Assembly: GCA_051252375.1 (NCBI GenBank)
Contig: JBPOFY010000001.1
Span: 256,001-320,000 of the forward strand
Origin: Opitutaceae bacterium
GTDB taxonomy: Bacteria > Verrucomicrobiota > Verrucomicrobiia > Opitutales > Coraliomargaritaceae
Reading direction: 5' to 3'
Length of the DNA stretch: 64,000 nucleotides
Shown here: piece after piece, positions 20,573-30,777 of the stretch
Position numbering within the stretch: position 1 is the stretch's first letter
How the letters are laid out: the number at the start of each line of letters is the position of its first letter
Program-made: the position numbers and the translations under genes
The notes under the pieces: generated by a model
What the model was told of the DNA's origin: nothing
The model's database searches: none
Seen by the model: the letters and a program-made list of their open reading frames with translations, nothing else

Positions 20573-21336
20573 CCTCCATCAACACACAGAGTCGTTCCCG
20601 TAACATAACTCGAGGCGTCACTTGCAAGGAATACCGCTGGCCCCGCAATTTCATCCGCACGCCCCGTTCGACCCAACGGCACGCGCTCCGCCAAGCGTTC
20701 AATAAAATCAGGATTGGTCTCCCCCACTGTCGGAGCAGGGAACGGCCCTGGGCAGAGCGCGTTGACTCGAATATTATCCTTCGCCAATTCGCAAGCAAGG
20801 TAACGAGTCAACTGAATCAAAGCCGCCTTAGCAGCTCCGTAAAAGGGTGGATTAGTCGATTCAGAATTATCGTAAACTCTGGGATCCGGACTGACTAAAC
20901 CATACATCGAAGCGATATTGATCACTGAGGCTCCAGACGAAGCGGAGCGAAGCAGTGGCAGCGCGGAACGAACGAGATCTGCTGCGGCAGTGACACCGAT
21001 GCGGTATGATTCTGTGAAATCAGAATTGGAAGAGTTCTCCAGCGTCCCCCCTTTACCATGATAGGCATTATTTACTAAAACATCGAGACACCCATGTGCG
21101 GCTTCAATTTCACTAAGTGCCACTTTGCTAGCTTCGCTGTCAGACACATCAAATGGTAAAACCGAACTTTGGCCGCCCGATGCTGCGATCTCATCGTGCA
21201 ATGCCGACAGAGCCTCTCGATTGCGCCCGTTAAGATAAACAAAGCCACCTGCGGCGGCGAAACCTTTAGCCATGGCGGAACCGAGGTATCCACCCGCGCC
21301 GGTTATTAATATCGTTTTGCCTTTCAGGTTCTGCAT
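20557..21336 (-). CDS. SDR family oxidoreductase
   Basis: TGAGGYLG, NNAY, ASMYG..SPD, YGAAK, VNALCPG, VDGGWTAW. Confidence 0.9.
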   Translation of the reverse strand: MQNLKGKTILITGAGGYLGSAMAKGFAAAGGFVYLNGRNREALSALHDEIAASGGQSSVLPFDVSDSEASKVALSEIEAAHGCLDVLVNNAYHGKGGTLENSSNSDFTESYRIGVTAAADLVRSALPLLRSASSGASVINIASMYGLVSPDPRVYDNSESTNPPFYGAAKAALIQLTRYLACELAKDNIRVNALCPGPFPAPTVGETNPDFIERLAERVPLGRTGRADEIAGPAVFLASDASSYVTGTTLCVDGGWTAW

Positions 21337-21352
21337 GAGAAGTCAGATTACA

Positions 21353-23008
21353 TTAATTCCACTGGCTGGGATCAAGCAACCATTCGGGTGCATCTTTAAA
21401 GCTGTCATCGACCATCTCCAGTTCGGCTCGAGTCAATTCGGGCAGACGGCTGAGTTTCAAGTTCTCTTCAAGCTGTTTGACCGTCTCGACTCCGATCACG
21501 ATAGAATCGACCAATGGAGAAGCCATCAGGTAGGCGATGCAGAGATCCGCCCGGCTTTCGCGATTGAGCTGAGTTCGAATTTCTTCAATTCGAACTACCC
21601 ACTCATTAGCATCAAATCCTGAGCGCTGCGGCCAATGCTCAGGATCTGAGACAAGCAAGCCCTGTAAATAGGCACTCCGGCTATAAACCACTGCATCCGG
21701 GCGGGCCGCCTTTGCCGCCGCAAATGCTCCAGAACGCCACCGGTGATCGAGTAAGTTAAAAGGAATCTGTAGGTCGGTGATTAAAGGAACTTTTAGTGCT
21801 TCGATCGCTTCCTCTGGGTGATAAACCGAAGCACCTAAACGACCGATCACACCAGCCTCTTTAAGACCCACCAAAGTTTTCCAAATTAGACCGTCATGCG
21901 CACGATAATGACTCCAACGATGGAGCATTAGTACGGGTATCACTTTTTTCTGTAATGCATGAGCCGAACGAAAAACAGCCGCTTCGACCCACTTCACGAC
22001 CTCCCCACCTGACGCGTCGTCTGCCAAGCCGTCCAACGGATCCAACTTAGTGATCACGGTCGGCTCCGTATAGAGTCCACCCGCAGACAAATGAGCAATT
22101 CGGGACTCGGCATCGCCATATGCACTGGCTGTATCAAAATGAGTAACACCGTAGCGAACAGCCGTATCGAGCAAACGAAACGCCTCTTCATCCGCAGGTT
22201 TTCCGGACTTGTTCACACGCCCATAAGAGGGCAAGCCCAACTGCGCAGTCCCTAAAGTCAATTTCCCTAAGAGGCCCTGTTGGTGAGCTAACCAGGGGAT
22301 CCGAAATGAAGGCGCATTCGCTTCACCTGCGAGTCGCTCACATAAATCAGCCCATGACATCGAGATGGGATCCTTCACTCCCGAGAGTAAGGACAACATG
22401 CGAAAATAGTCAGTCTTGGTATCGATCGTGCAGCGCAGATGAGAGAGACTTGGGCCTTCAAAATGAGCAATTCGAGCCCCATAGGCTCGCTTAATGGCAG
22501 GCGTCACATGCTCCCGATCAAAAGCTGATAAATCATCTGCGACAGCGCGTAATGCGTTGACCCGAAAAACCTCCGCACTGAGTCCATAGGGCAAGCCATC
22601 GCCAGGTGACGATGTGCCGAGATAGTCACACCCAGCGTCCTCTGTCTGCTCAACCAAAGCCTGAACAAATGCCCCATCTGGGAAACAGTTATCGCCTGTC
22701 AGGCGAACCACCCAAGCGTCATCCGGCAAGTCTTCCGTTGCCAGTAAGAAGCGTCCAAAAACATCTTCAAGGGAACCGCGAACACAACGAATGCCATGTT
22801 CTTCAGCCGTGTGCGCTAAGATGCCGTCTTCCTCGGTCGTCGAAGTAGCCAGCACCAGTGGTATGCCCGTGTTCGCCGCTCGCAAGGCTGACAGTACTAC
22901 CAGTGGGTAACCCCCGATTGGTAATAGGCATTTACCCGGCAGACGGCTACTGCTCAACCGCGCTTGGAGGACTATGCGAATATTCATTTTGTTCGTATCT
23001 CCACTCAT
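21353..23008 (-). CDS. pseF: SpsF/PseF-type cytidylyltransferase fused to an aldo/keto reductase
   Basis: N-terminal QARLSSSRLPGK, RLTGDN, REHVT, TIDT..D; C-terminal LGTAQLG..YG, DTASAYGDAE, QIPFNLLD, RSAYLQGL. Confidence 0.82.
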   Translation of the reverse strand: MSGDTNKMNIRIVLQARLSSSRLPGKCLLPIGGYPLVVLSALRAANTGIPLVLATSTTEEDGILAHTAEEHGIRCVRGSLEDVFGRFLLATEDLPDDAWVVRLTGDNCFPDGAFVQALVEQTEDAGCDYLGTSSPGDGLPYGLSAEVFRVNALRAVADDLSAFDREHVTPAIKRAYGARIAHFEGPSLSHLRCTIDTKTDYFRMLSLLSGVKDPISMSWADLCERLAGEANAPSFRIPWLAHQQGLLGKLTLGTAQLGLPSYGRVNKSGKPADEEAFRLLDTAVRYGVTHFDTASAYGDAESRIAHLSAGGLYTEPTVITKLDPLDGLADDASGGEVVKWVEAAVFRSAHALQKKVIPVLMLHRWSHYRAHDGLIWKTLVGLKEAGVIGRLGASVYHPEEAIEALKVPLITDLQIPFNLLDHRWRSGAFAAAKAARPDAVVYSRSAYLQGLLVSDPEHWPQRSGFDANEWVVRIEEIRTQLNRESRADLCIAYLMASPLVDSIVIGVETVKQLEENLKLSRLPELTRAELEMVDDSFKDAPEWLLDPSQWN

Positions 23009-24504
23009 GAAATCGGAAGTGATCGAATGCCTAATCGTTTAGCCATCACATTCCAGCCGACGAAAACTAGATCCCGACGGAAAATGATTAACAATAGAAG
23101 CGCAAAGAGACCCGCCAAAGTAGAGCCCAGCAACAGTTCAAAGAACGGTGAGAGCGATAGTAAGTGCGCGCATGAGAAGCCTATGATAAACACGCCTACC
23201 GCTATCAGCCCAGGAAGCATCAATACAGAGAGCTGTTCTCTTCGTTGAACCTTCAGAAGGCGGCGAGGATAGAAAGTGTTGATCCCAAAAGCGACTCCCT
23301 GCAGAGCAAGCTGCCCCCACACCACCGCCATAATGCTGTGTTGAATCGTGACAAATAAAACTCCGAGTGAGAAAACCTTTCTAATAATTTCCAACCGCAA
23401 ATGGAGATCAGCGCGACCAATTGCTTTGATGATACTAATATTAATCGAATGAATCGGATACATCGCACCGGCGATCCACAGGAGTTCAAGGTATGGCGCA
23501 GCATCCAACCATTTCTCTCCGATTAAAAACTCAATCATAGGAGTCGCCAAACCGCCGACAAGAGCCATCGCAGTGAAACTGATCAAGGCCGTGAGCTCAA
23601 GTGACTTCAACATGCCTCGCTTGAGCCGCACAACATCATCTTGAATACTGGCAAAAAGCGGGAAAGTCACTCGACGAATAATAAAGTCAAGGTTGCCGGA
23701 TGCGAGCCCCTTCAAGGATTCGGCTCGCTGATAGAAACCGAGATCCGCTGGTGCATAGACTCGCCCGATAGCCAGCGTGTATATTTGGGCGAACACTTGC
23801 GAAATCAGACCTGACACGGCAAGGCGTGAACCATAAGGAAACATACTCATGAAACTCGCTCGATTGAAAGAGAAACGAGGCCACCATTTGCCGAACGCAA
23901 AGAGTAAGATCAACTCAAACAGTGCCTGTAACAGGTAGTGCGCGATCAAGGCATAAACTCCGTATCCTAGGCAGGCGAGAACGATGGCGATTAAGCCCGA
24001 AAGCACCGCGGCTGGAAACGTTACGTAAAACAAGCGACGGAACGCCAGTTCCCGATTCAGGAGAGCCACCTGCACGCGACTTAAGGAGCGGATGAGCACA
24101 CCAAAAGAAACACAGTAAAGCAATTCAGTCAGCGCAGGTTGTCGGTAAAACTCACTGATCCATGGTGCCGCGACAATCAGCACGGCTGTAAATGCCAGAC
24201 CCAACAAGACATTCATAATGAAGGCCGTGTTTAAGTCATCGTCGTTGACCTCCTTTTTCTGTATCAGTGCGGCACTAAGGCCGAAGTCTGTGAATCCAAT
24301 CGCAACGGAGACAAAAACCAGAACCATTGCCAGTAACCCGAAATCCTCAGGCAACAACAATCTTGCCAATACAATTTGGATTCCAAACCGAGTCAAACTC
24401 TGCCCGATACGGTCGATCGCACTCCACTTAACACCCTTTAGTGCCTTATTACCCAGCCCCTCCTCTGGCTCTGCTGGCTTCGGCGGTGAATTAGTTTCGC
24501 TCAT
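23005..24504 (-). CDS. wzx: Wzx flippase (WzxC-like)
   Basis: KGVKWS, LARLLLPEDFG, DFGLSAALIQK, LGFYQRA, about 12-14 TM segments. Confidence 0.92.
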   Translation of the reverse strand: MSETNSPPKPAEPEEGLGNKALKGVKWSAIDRIGQSLTRFGIQIVLARLLLPEDFGLLAMVLVFVSVAIGFTDFGLSAALIQKKEVNDDDLNTAFIMNVLLGLAFTAVLIVAAPWISEFYRQPALTELLYCVSFGVLIRSLSRVQVALLNRELAFRRLFYVTFPAAVLSGLIAIVLACLGYGVYALIAHYLLQALFELILLFAFGKWWPRFSFNRASFMSMFPYGSRLAVSGLISQVFAQIYTLAIGRVYAPADLGFYQRAESLKGLASGNLDFIIRRVTFPLFASIQDDVVRLKRGMLKSLELTALISFTAMALVGGLATPMIEFLIGEKWLDAAPYLELLWIAGAMYPIHSINISIIKAIGRADLHLRLEIIRKVFSLGVLFVTIQHSIMAVVWGQLALQGVAFGINTFYPRRLLKVQRREQLSVLMLPGLIAVGVFIIGFSCAHLLSLSPFFELLLGSTLAGLFALLLLIIFRRDLVFVGWNVMAKRLGIRSLPIS

Positions 24505-24571
24505 CGAAATTCGTAAAAATTAGTGGCTCCTCTGGCACACTAGCAGACAGAAGTTTCCATCTCGTCAGCGG

Positions 24572-24588
24572 GAAACCCACGGGGTTTC
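24572..24588. terminator. Possible hairpin/terminator between GT2 and wzx
   Basis: GAAACCC-ACG-GGGTTTC inverted repeat just after the GT2 stop; no strong U-tract. Confidence 0.35.
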
Positions 24589-24601
24589 AGAGCACAAAAA
24601 A

Positions 24602-25597
24602 TCATCGGCGCAGCAGGCCTTTCAGCCCACCCTTATTCCTGAGAAATATCTGCCAGGTGCTTACAGGATGCGCGATCGCGATCTTCAGTGCATCAAAGTG
24701 TTTCTTATCTGCAGATAGACGTCGCAAGCGAGCGTAGCGGTATTCAGAGAGTGCGACTGGCTTCAGCGGCTCGGGGATGACTCCTAGCAGCGCTTCAAAA
24801 TAACGCTCCTGCCTTTCCTTCCACCCTTTCTTATTGGTTTGGCCAGACCATATCCCCTTACCAGTAACTCGGTAAACACCGCAAACAGCTGGCAATACGC
24901 GGCACAAACCGCCGCCCATCGTTTCACTAATGCATCGAGTACGATCCCCATAAATAAAACCCATACCCCACCATATCTTTTCCAAGCCGCCTGTCCGATA
25001 CATCACCGTACAAGTATTTAAGGCACTCCACCGTATAAAATCTTCACAGCTATAGTATTCTTTCTTCCCCGCAGCCCCAACCATATCAACGCCCATGCCC
25101 GACGTTTCTTTCTTAACGAGGCAACGTGTCCCGCAGAGAGAAATACGCGAATCTGACTCCATAGCGTCGACCTGCATTTGTAGCTTTCTCTGATCGATCC
25201 AGTAATCATCCCCCTCGCAAGTCGCTATGTATTTCCCGCGACACTGGTACTTCGTGTAGATCCCTTGAAAACGGCCAGTCGGAACACCATCAATTTTAAT
25301 ATTATTTTCTCGGCTGTGTAGGAACAAACGCACCCTCTCCGGATAACGTTCTGCAAACTCTATACAGATCTCCCGAGTCCCATCGTCGGAAGCGTCCTCA
25401 CCGACACAGACTTCAAATGGGAAATCCGTGATTTGGTTCACCACAGATTCTAGGCACTGCCGAATATAAGACGCATGGCGATAAGTGCTTATAACACAGG
25501 AAACCATAGGCTCAGGAGACGTCTCAATCACCTGATTCGGGTACTCTTCAACGGGTATTTTTTGATACTTCTCTATAAATTCTGGATATTCCATCAC
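24602..25597 (-). CDS. Glycosyltransferase family 2
   Basis: YIRQCLES, GEDASDDGT, GKYIATCEGDDYW...KLQ.Q. Confidence 0.92.
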   Translation of the reverse strand: MMEYPEFIEKYQKIPVEEYPNQVIETSPEPMVSCVISTYRHASYIRQCLESVVNQITDFPFEVCVGEDASDDGTREICIEFAERYPERVRLFLHSRENNIKIDGVPTGRFQGIYTKYQCRGKYIATCEGDDYWIDQRKLQMQVDAMESDSRISLCGTRCLVKKETSGMGVDMVGAAGKKEYYSCEDFIRWSALNTCTVMYRTGGLEKIWWGMGFIYGDRTRCISETMGGGLCRVLPAVCGVYRVTGKGIWSGQTNKKGWKERQERYFEALLGVIPEPLKPVALSEYRYARLRRLSADKKHFDALKIAIAHPVSTWQIFLRNKGGLKGLLRR

Positions 25598-25688
25598 GTA
25601 TTTTTTTTATATTTCTTCTGCAAGGATTGTGGGAGAAACTGATTTCATTAAGAAATGAGGCCTATTCAATAATCGTCCCATCTAAGAA

Positions 25689-26396
25689 CTACCCGAAAGT
25701 CTTTTTAGCGATCTCATAGTCTTCCGCGAAGTCGACTTCGACGAAGTCTTCTGCACCAATATCAAACGTCTGCACATCCTTGCCTGAATCAATCGCAATC
25801 TGAACGACCGATTCCATATATTGGTGCAGACCCTCAGCCTCGAAAATCTCTTGGGAAACTTGCTTTAAGTATGGTAGAATACTTAATTTGAATTTCGCGA
25901 TTCCAAGGAACTCACCATCGGCCTCACTTCCTTCCATTTCCTTAGTGATCAGTTCAAGTCGACCATCTTCCGAATGCTTCACTTTCATCTCTTCTTCTCC
26001 ACAGGGCTTAGCTTGATACGGAAGGACAATATCTCCATCTTCCTTCACGAGTTGTTTCCATCCACCCATACCAACTAAGGTGTCGGCATGTAGAAACAAG
26101 AAGTCATCTTTAACATGCGGAAGTGCCATGTATAGAGAGCCTAAGACATTGCAGACATTCCAAAATGGATTAAACACACAGGTCACATTATCCATTGTTG
26201 ATACGTGATGCATAATCTTCTTAGCAGAAAATCCCGTGACAATATATATGTGATCAACTGCCAATTCATTCAGAATCCCTAAGTTGTAATCCAACAAAGT
26301 GATTTCGTCATTCAATGGAAGTAGCGACTTTGGTAAATCTTCCGTATGCGCCCCTAAGCGACTCCCTTTTCCTGCTGCTAATATTACACCGATCAT
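25689..26396 (-). CDS. NTP transferase, LicC-like (phospho-alcohol cytidylyltransferase family)
   Basis: ILAAGKGSRL....PKSL, N.LGSL, EEMKV, GEFLGIAK, EVDF.EDY. Confidence 0.85.
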   Translation of the reverse strand: MIGVILAAGKGSRLGAHTEDLPKSLLPLNDEITLLDYNLGILNELAVDHIYIVTGFSAKKIMHHVSTMDNVTCVFNPFWNVCNVLGSLYMALPHVKDDFLFLHADTLVGMGGWKQLVKEDGDIVLPYQAKPCGEEEMKVKHSEDGRLELITKEMEGSEADGEFLGIAKFKLSILPYLKQVSQEIFEAEGLHQYMESVVQIAIDSGKDVQTFDIGAEDFVEVDFAEDYEIAKKTFG

Positions 26397-27472
26397 AATG
26401 AACCTTTCATAATTTGTTTTAATGTTTCTGCAGACTCATAGCATGGATCTGCATCTAAAATACCTACGACACCCTCTAATAACGTATTGATGTCAGTTTC
26501 TTTGAGTCCGAAATCGCCAGCTCGATAATCAATATCGAGGATCTTCTTCAACGCCTCGATCTTTTTCACTAGCTCATCTTGCCCCGCACCGAGGCCCTTA
26601 GCCAATGCAGCAAAGGCATCCGTTTTAGAAATTAATGGCAACCACCCACGATAAAGCATAATTAAGCCCTGTGCATGCGATGTCTCAGTAAACGGCCCCA
26701 AGACATACTGCAAACGATGCGGCAAACAAGTGGAACTCATTGCCAGATTAATGCCCATGAGTGCTGAAGCCAACGCCATCTGTTCCAAACTGTGATCGTC
26801 TCCCTTGCACGCTTTCTCCAAATGTGCCAACACAGTCTGAACTGCCATGGTTGATTGATAGCGAACCATGGGCGTCGATTTAGTCGAAAGATATGTTTCG
26901 ATGGCATGCGTTAAACAATCAAAGCCACATTCTGCAATGAGTCGCACTGGAGCCGCACGATAAACCGCGAGGTCAATACAAACATGATCTGGCTGCAAGA
27001 TTGGCCCGCGCAGACCGCCTTTAAACTTCTCCGCTTCATCAAATAGAATCGCACCATAAGACAATTCTGCCCCACTACCTGCTGTAGAGGGAACCGCCAA
27101 CACGGGAATCTTAGTGTCACCGATACCTTTGTTCTTATAGAACAACTCTCTGATCGTACTCCCCTGCCATGCGACCGACAATGCTTTCGATGAATCTAAG
27201 ACCGAACCACCACCAATCGCGATAATCAGATCAGGCTTATCACTATCAGAGCAGAGTCTATCCAGAGACTCAATCGGTGCGTCCGGCTTTACGGAGTCAT
27301 GAATATCGAGGGAGTATGCCTTCTTCAACTCAACGACTAATTCCTGGACAACTGGAATACGAACCACAGATGGACTGCTTACTAATAATATCCGTTGAGG
27401 CGACCAACGCTTAAGTTGGTCCAATATACGAATAGTCGATTCGACCGAAATTTTTGAACTAATATGATACAT
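26393..27472 (-). CDS. Iron-containing alcohol dehydrogenase family protein
   Basis: AIGGGSVLDSSK, PSTAGSGAE, DCLTHAIE, H.L..., HAQ metal ligands. Confidence 0.9.
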   Translation of the reverse strand: MYHISSKISVESTIRILDQLKRWSPQRILLVSSPSVVRIPVVQELVVELKKAYSLDIHDSVKPDAPIESLDRLCSDSDKPDLIIAIGGGSVLDSSKALSVAWQGSTIRELFYKNKGIGDTKIPVLAVPSTAGSGAELSYGAILFDEAEKFKGGLRGPILQPDHVCIDLAVYRAAPVRLIAECGFDCLTHAIETYLSTKSTPMVRYQSTMAVQTVLAHLEKACKGDDHSLEQMALASALMGINLAMSSTCLPHRLQYVLGPFTETSHAQGLIMLYRGWLPLISKTDAFAALAKGLGAGQDELVKKIEALKKILDIDYRAGDFGLKETDINTLLEGVVGILDADPCYESAETLKQIMKGSL

Positions 27473-27474
27473 GT

Positions 27475-28989
27475 TTATAAATTCTGCATAATTTCCTTAG
27501 AGTGTTTCCCCTGCAGCTCTTTGATGCGCTTATGCTGATCATACAAACCACTCAAGCTCTGATTGATCTCTTTAAAGAGTGAGAAGTATTCCCGATAAAT
27601 CTTATGATTTTTCTCGGAAGGTTGTATGACCATTCGAATCTTTACTACAGCAGCGGAGGCCTCACTTAAGCTGCTGTATTTACCATCAGCGATCGCTACC
27701 AATATAAATGCTCCAATGGATGTACTTTCGAAATTCTCCACAACATTGACCGGCTTCAAGCTCACATCGGCTTTGATCTGGCTGATTAAGTCGAATCGAG
27801 CCAAACCACCGCTCACGGTCAAAGAATTAACTGGACAACCTCGACCCTCAATCAGTTGGATTAGATCATTGGTAACATACGCAGTGGACTCGAATACTGC
27901 GCGACTGAAGTCATTTTGATTACTCGTGCGTGTCACACCAAAGAAACTCGCTGTCGCATTATAACTAACAAAGGGTGCGCGCTCTCCAAGTAAGTATGGC
28001 AGAAAAACAATGCCTCCTGCCCCCGGACTAGAAGCTTGCGCTTGGTCATTCATCATAGAATAGACCTCTTCCTTTCGCTCAGGGAAAAAAGCCTGCTTAT
28101 ACCACTCAATGATACCTCCTCCCATGTTGTTGGAAGAACCCACTAGATATTTATCCAAAAAAGAAAGCGACTGAGACAATAGTGGCGTATCGCCGGCATC
28201 AACTGCATGTTCACCGACTAGTCGCACTGAAGTCACAGTCCCAGAAACATCACACGCATTGTCCGGTGCTCCATTGGTCGAACCAATGACCGCGCAAATC
28301 GCATCATAGGTGGATAGGATATACTTACAGTCACGATTCAGTTTAAACTGCTTAATGAGCCCTGCATCCACTTCAAAGGATGAGCCCACTTCATAAACGG
28401 CCGGTAGCGTTTCTACGTTCACACCCAGCGCCTCAATTAACTCAGCATTGTAACGGTCACCATTATAGAATGCCTTCCCCGCATTCAGAGGGTCTGTAAT
28501 AATTTGCTTGGTAAAATAATAATTCAGCACCTCTCCGGCTCCAAACCAATACCTGACTGCTTGGAACTGCTCGGGGGCGTGCTCTTTGAACCAAAGCGCC
28601 TTCGGCAAAACAGACGAAACGGGACAGGCGCCCGCTCCTGAAAGAGTATAGGCAGGATCGTTAATTATCTGCTGCTGAATCAACTTCGCACGGCGATCTG
28701 ACACCATCAAGACTTTAGTCACGGCCTCCATCGATTCGTCGATGCCAACAATACAGGATGAACTCGTCGTGGATGTAATCACTCGAATACTCGAACTCAG
28801 ATCAGTATTGGATGTAATATCACCCAATATTAATACCAATAATTCCATCCACTCTTGAACGTCTTGCTCTACATTATCTTTGAATATCGACGTATGGACT
28901 GGAAAGGCCTTCGCGTAGACCTGCTCCCCGTCTTCGTTAAATACGATTCCACGAATGGACTTGAGACCTAAATTTATAACTAAATACAT
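27475..28989 (-). CDS. FGGY-family carbohydrate kinase
   Basis: NLGLKSIR, EQD, D.R, PKALW.K, FLPYLLGERAP, RAVFES, SGGLAR...QIKADV. Confidence 0.9.
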   Translation of the reverse strand: MYLVINLGLKSIRGIVFNEDGEQVYAKAFPVHTSIFKDNVEQDVQEWMELLVLILGDITSNTDLSSSIRVITSTTSSSCIVGIDESMEAVTKVLMVSDRRAKLIQQQIINDPAYTLSGAGACPVSSVLPKALWFKEHAPEQFQAVRYWFGAGEVLNYYFTKQIITDPLNAGKAFYNGDRYNAELIEALGVNVETLPAVYEVGSSFEVDAGLIKQFKLNRDCKYILSTYDAICAVIGSTNGAPDNACDVSGTVTSVRLVGEHAVDAGDTPLLSQSLSFLDKYLVGSSNNMGGGIIEWYKQAFFPERKEEVYSMMNDQAQASSPGAGGIVFLPYLLGERAPFVSYNATASFFGVTRTSNQNDFSRAVFESTAYVTNDLIQLIEGRGCPVNSLTVSGGLARFDLISQIKADVSLKPVNVVENFESTSIGAFILVAIADGKYSSLSEASAAVVKIRMVIQPSEKNHKIYREYFSLFKEINQSLSGLYDQHKRIKELQGKHSKEIMQNL

Positions 28990-28992
28990 GGC

Positions 28993-29829
28993 TTATATAC
29001 TATATTTTGAAATGTAAGAACGAAAGAAAGGAACAAAGGTATCAATACAGACTTCAGAGAATTTTCTTTCATCATACGAAGTGAAGTTATTCTGATAAAA
29101 GTTGAGTGCTTTCATACTCTCTGACTTCAACGCGGTAGATACATTAATCTTAACAACACCCGCACGTATGGCCTCGTGGATCATTTCGTCCGGCAGACCG
29201 GTGCCCCCATGCAAAACGAGGGGGAAGTCACCTACGATTCTTTTCGCCTCCTCTAATAGTTCAATTCTGACACCAGTCGTTGAGACATATTCTCCGTGAG
29301 CATTTCCAATTGCGAGCGCGAGTAAATCAAAACGAGCATTCTTATAAAACTGAGCTAGTTCATGCTCTGAATAGACGCATTCTTCTTCAGAACCATAACC
29401 ATCTTCGACCCCTTGAATGGAACCGAGTTCAGCCTCAAGCAAGGAACCGCCTACTTGTGCATATTCAAACATGCGATTAGTTTTTTTAATATTCTCTGAT
29501 AGCGGTAAGCTAGAACCATCAAACATGACGCCAGCAAAACCTGCATCGATACAACGCCGGATAATTTCCTCTTCCATGCAGTGATCTAGGTGAAAAAATA
29601 AAAATCCCGTCTGAAATTTCTGAACTAATCGACTCAATCCATATTTATCATCCAAATCCTCGATATACTTCGCGGAGACTTGCGCAATGACTGGAGCGTC
29701 CAGTTCTCTGGCCACACTCTCCAGCGCCTCCAAATGGTAGATGTTTTGAATATTAAACGCGAGCATAGCCTTTTTAGCCAATAGCATACGCTCCAATTGA
29801 GATTTATAATTACCTATATCCATTTTCAA
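28993..29829 (-). CDS. Class II fructose/tagatose-bisphosphate aldolase family protein
   Basis: AFN, HLDH, VMFDGS, EAELG, IGNAHG.Y, LVLHGGTG, KINVST. Confidence 0.92.
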   Translation of the reverse strand: MKMDIGNYKSQLERMLLAKKAMLAFNIQNIYHLEALESVARELDAPVIAQVSAKYIEDLDDKYGLSRLVQKFQTGFLFFHLDHCMEEEIIRRCIDAGFAGVMFDGSSLPLSENIKKTNRMFEYAQVGGSLLEAELGSIQGVEDGYGSEEECVYSEHELAQFYKNARFDLLALAIGNAHGEYVSTTGVRIELLEEAKRIVGDFPLVLHGGTGLPDEMIHEAIRAGVVKINVSTALKSESMKALNFYQNNFTSYDERKFSEVCIDTFVPFFRSYISKYSI

Positions 29830-29857
29830 AATAAATAGCCCCTAATATCTCGACCCT

Positions 29858-30685
29858 CTATTTGAACACTACTTTATTATAGTGGGACTTACGAGCAGAG
29901 TATTCTGGCAGTGATTGATAAGCCCCGTAACTCGAAGTCAAGACGGCTTCACTGCTGGCTGGCCCCTTAAAAGAAACTCCCTCAATCACATAGTCCTTCA
30001 AGGGCAAAATCTCGTCGATCAAGAATGGACTCCGAAGAGCAATCATGAATGCAAAGACCTCGGTGGAATCGTCTTCATCCGATCGACCTTCTAATAATTC
30101 CACACGACTGCCTTCAAGTGGCCCAACCTCCTTGTCGTATGTCCGTTGGTCGATCAGTCCTACTTCCAGTTTGCGCTGATAGTATGCAATTGCCTCATCG
30201 AGTTTGTAAATAGGCACGAAGTAGCGGGGCATCTTTTTCAATCGGAAAAGATCTACCCCCAAACATTGATAACCTAAACGAGCGGTGTCCGGATGATAGA
30301 GCCCCGCATTAACCACTTCTGTGTTCGTGTCTTTTATAGTAGACCATCCCTTAAAATACAACGGGTCGTTCTTTCTATTATGCACCACTAATTCGCTGGG
30401 CAACTCATGCTCAAGAACCTCTACTGCTCTCTCATAGCTATCGTCGAAGAGAAAGAAATCCAAATCATCATCCCATGGGATAAACCCTCCATGACGAACC
30501 GCCCCCAAAAGAGTGCCATATGCTATCATATATGGAATTTCGTTCCGATCCAGAATATCCCGGACGCATACCGCCATCTCTAGCAATCGGCTCTGAACTT
30601 TTTTGATGTCTTGGGCGGTGTATTCCTCTGTAGTAGGGAAATTTATTTCGCTGGATTCTTGCTTTTCCATATTTTTAAAAGGCAA
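29858..30685 (-). CDS. licD: LicD family phosphotransferase (copy 2)
   Basis: GTLLGAVRHGGFIPWDDDLD, VDLF, YG.Y..LP. Confidence 0.9.
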   Translation of the reverse strand: MPFKNMEKQESSEINFPTTEEYTAQDIKKVQSRLLEMAVCVRDILDRNEIPYMIAYGTLLGAVRHGGFIPWDDDLDFFLFDDSYERAVEVLEHELPSELVVHNRKNDPLYFKGWSTIKDTNTEVVNAGLYHPDTARLGYQCLGVDLFRLKKMPRYFVPIYKLDEAIAYYQRKLEVGLIDQRTYDKEVGPLEGSRVELLEGRSDEDDSTEVFAFMIALRSPFLIDEILPLKDYVIEGVSFKGPASSEAVLTSSYGAYQSLPEYSARKSHYNKVVFK

Positions 30686-30777
30686 ACGCTTATTATCTGA
30701 CGCATATCACCTACAACTTTATGATAATGATATGGGTAACAGGTTCCCACCTCAGGTAAACTTGAAAGTTATATTGC

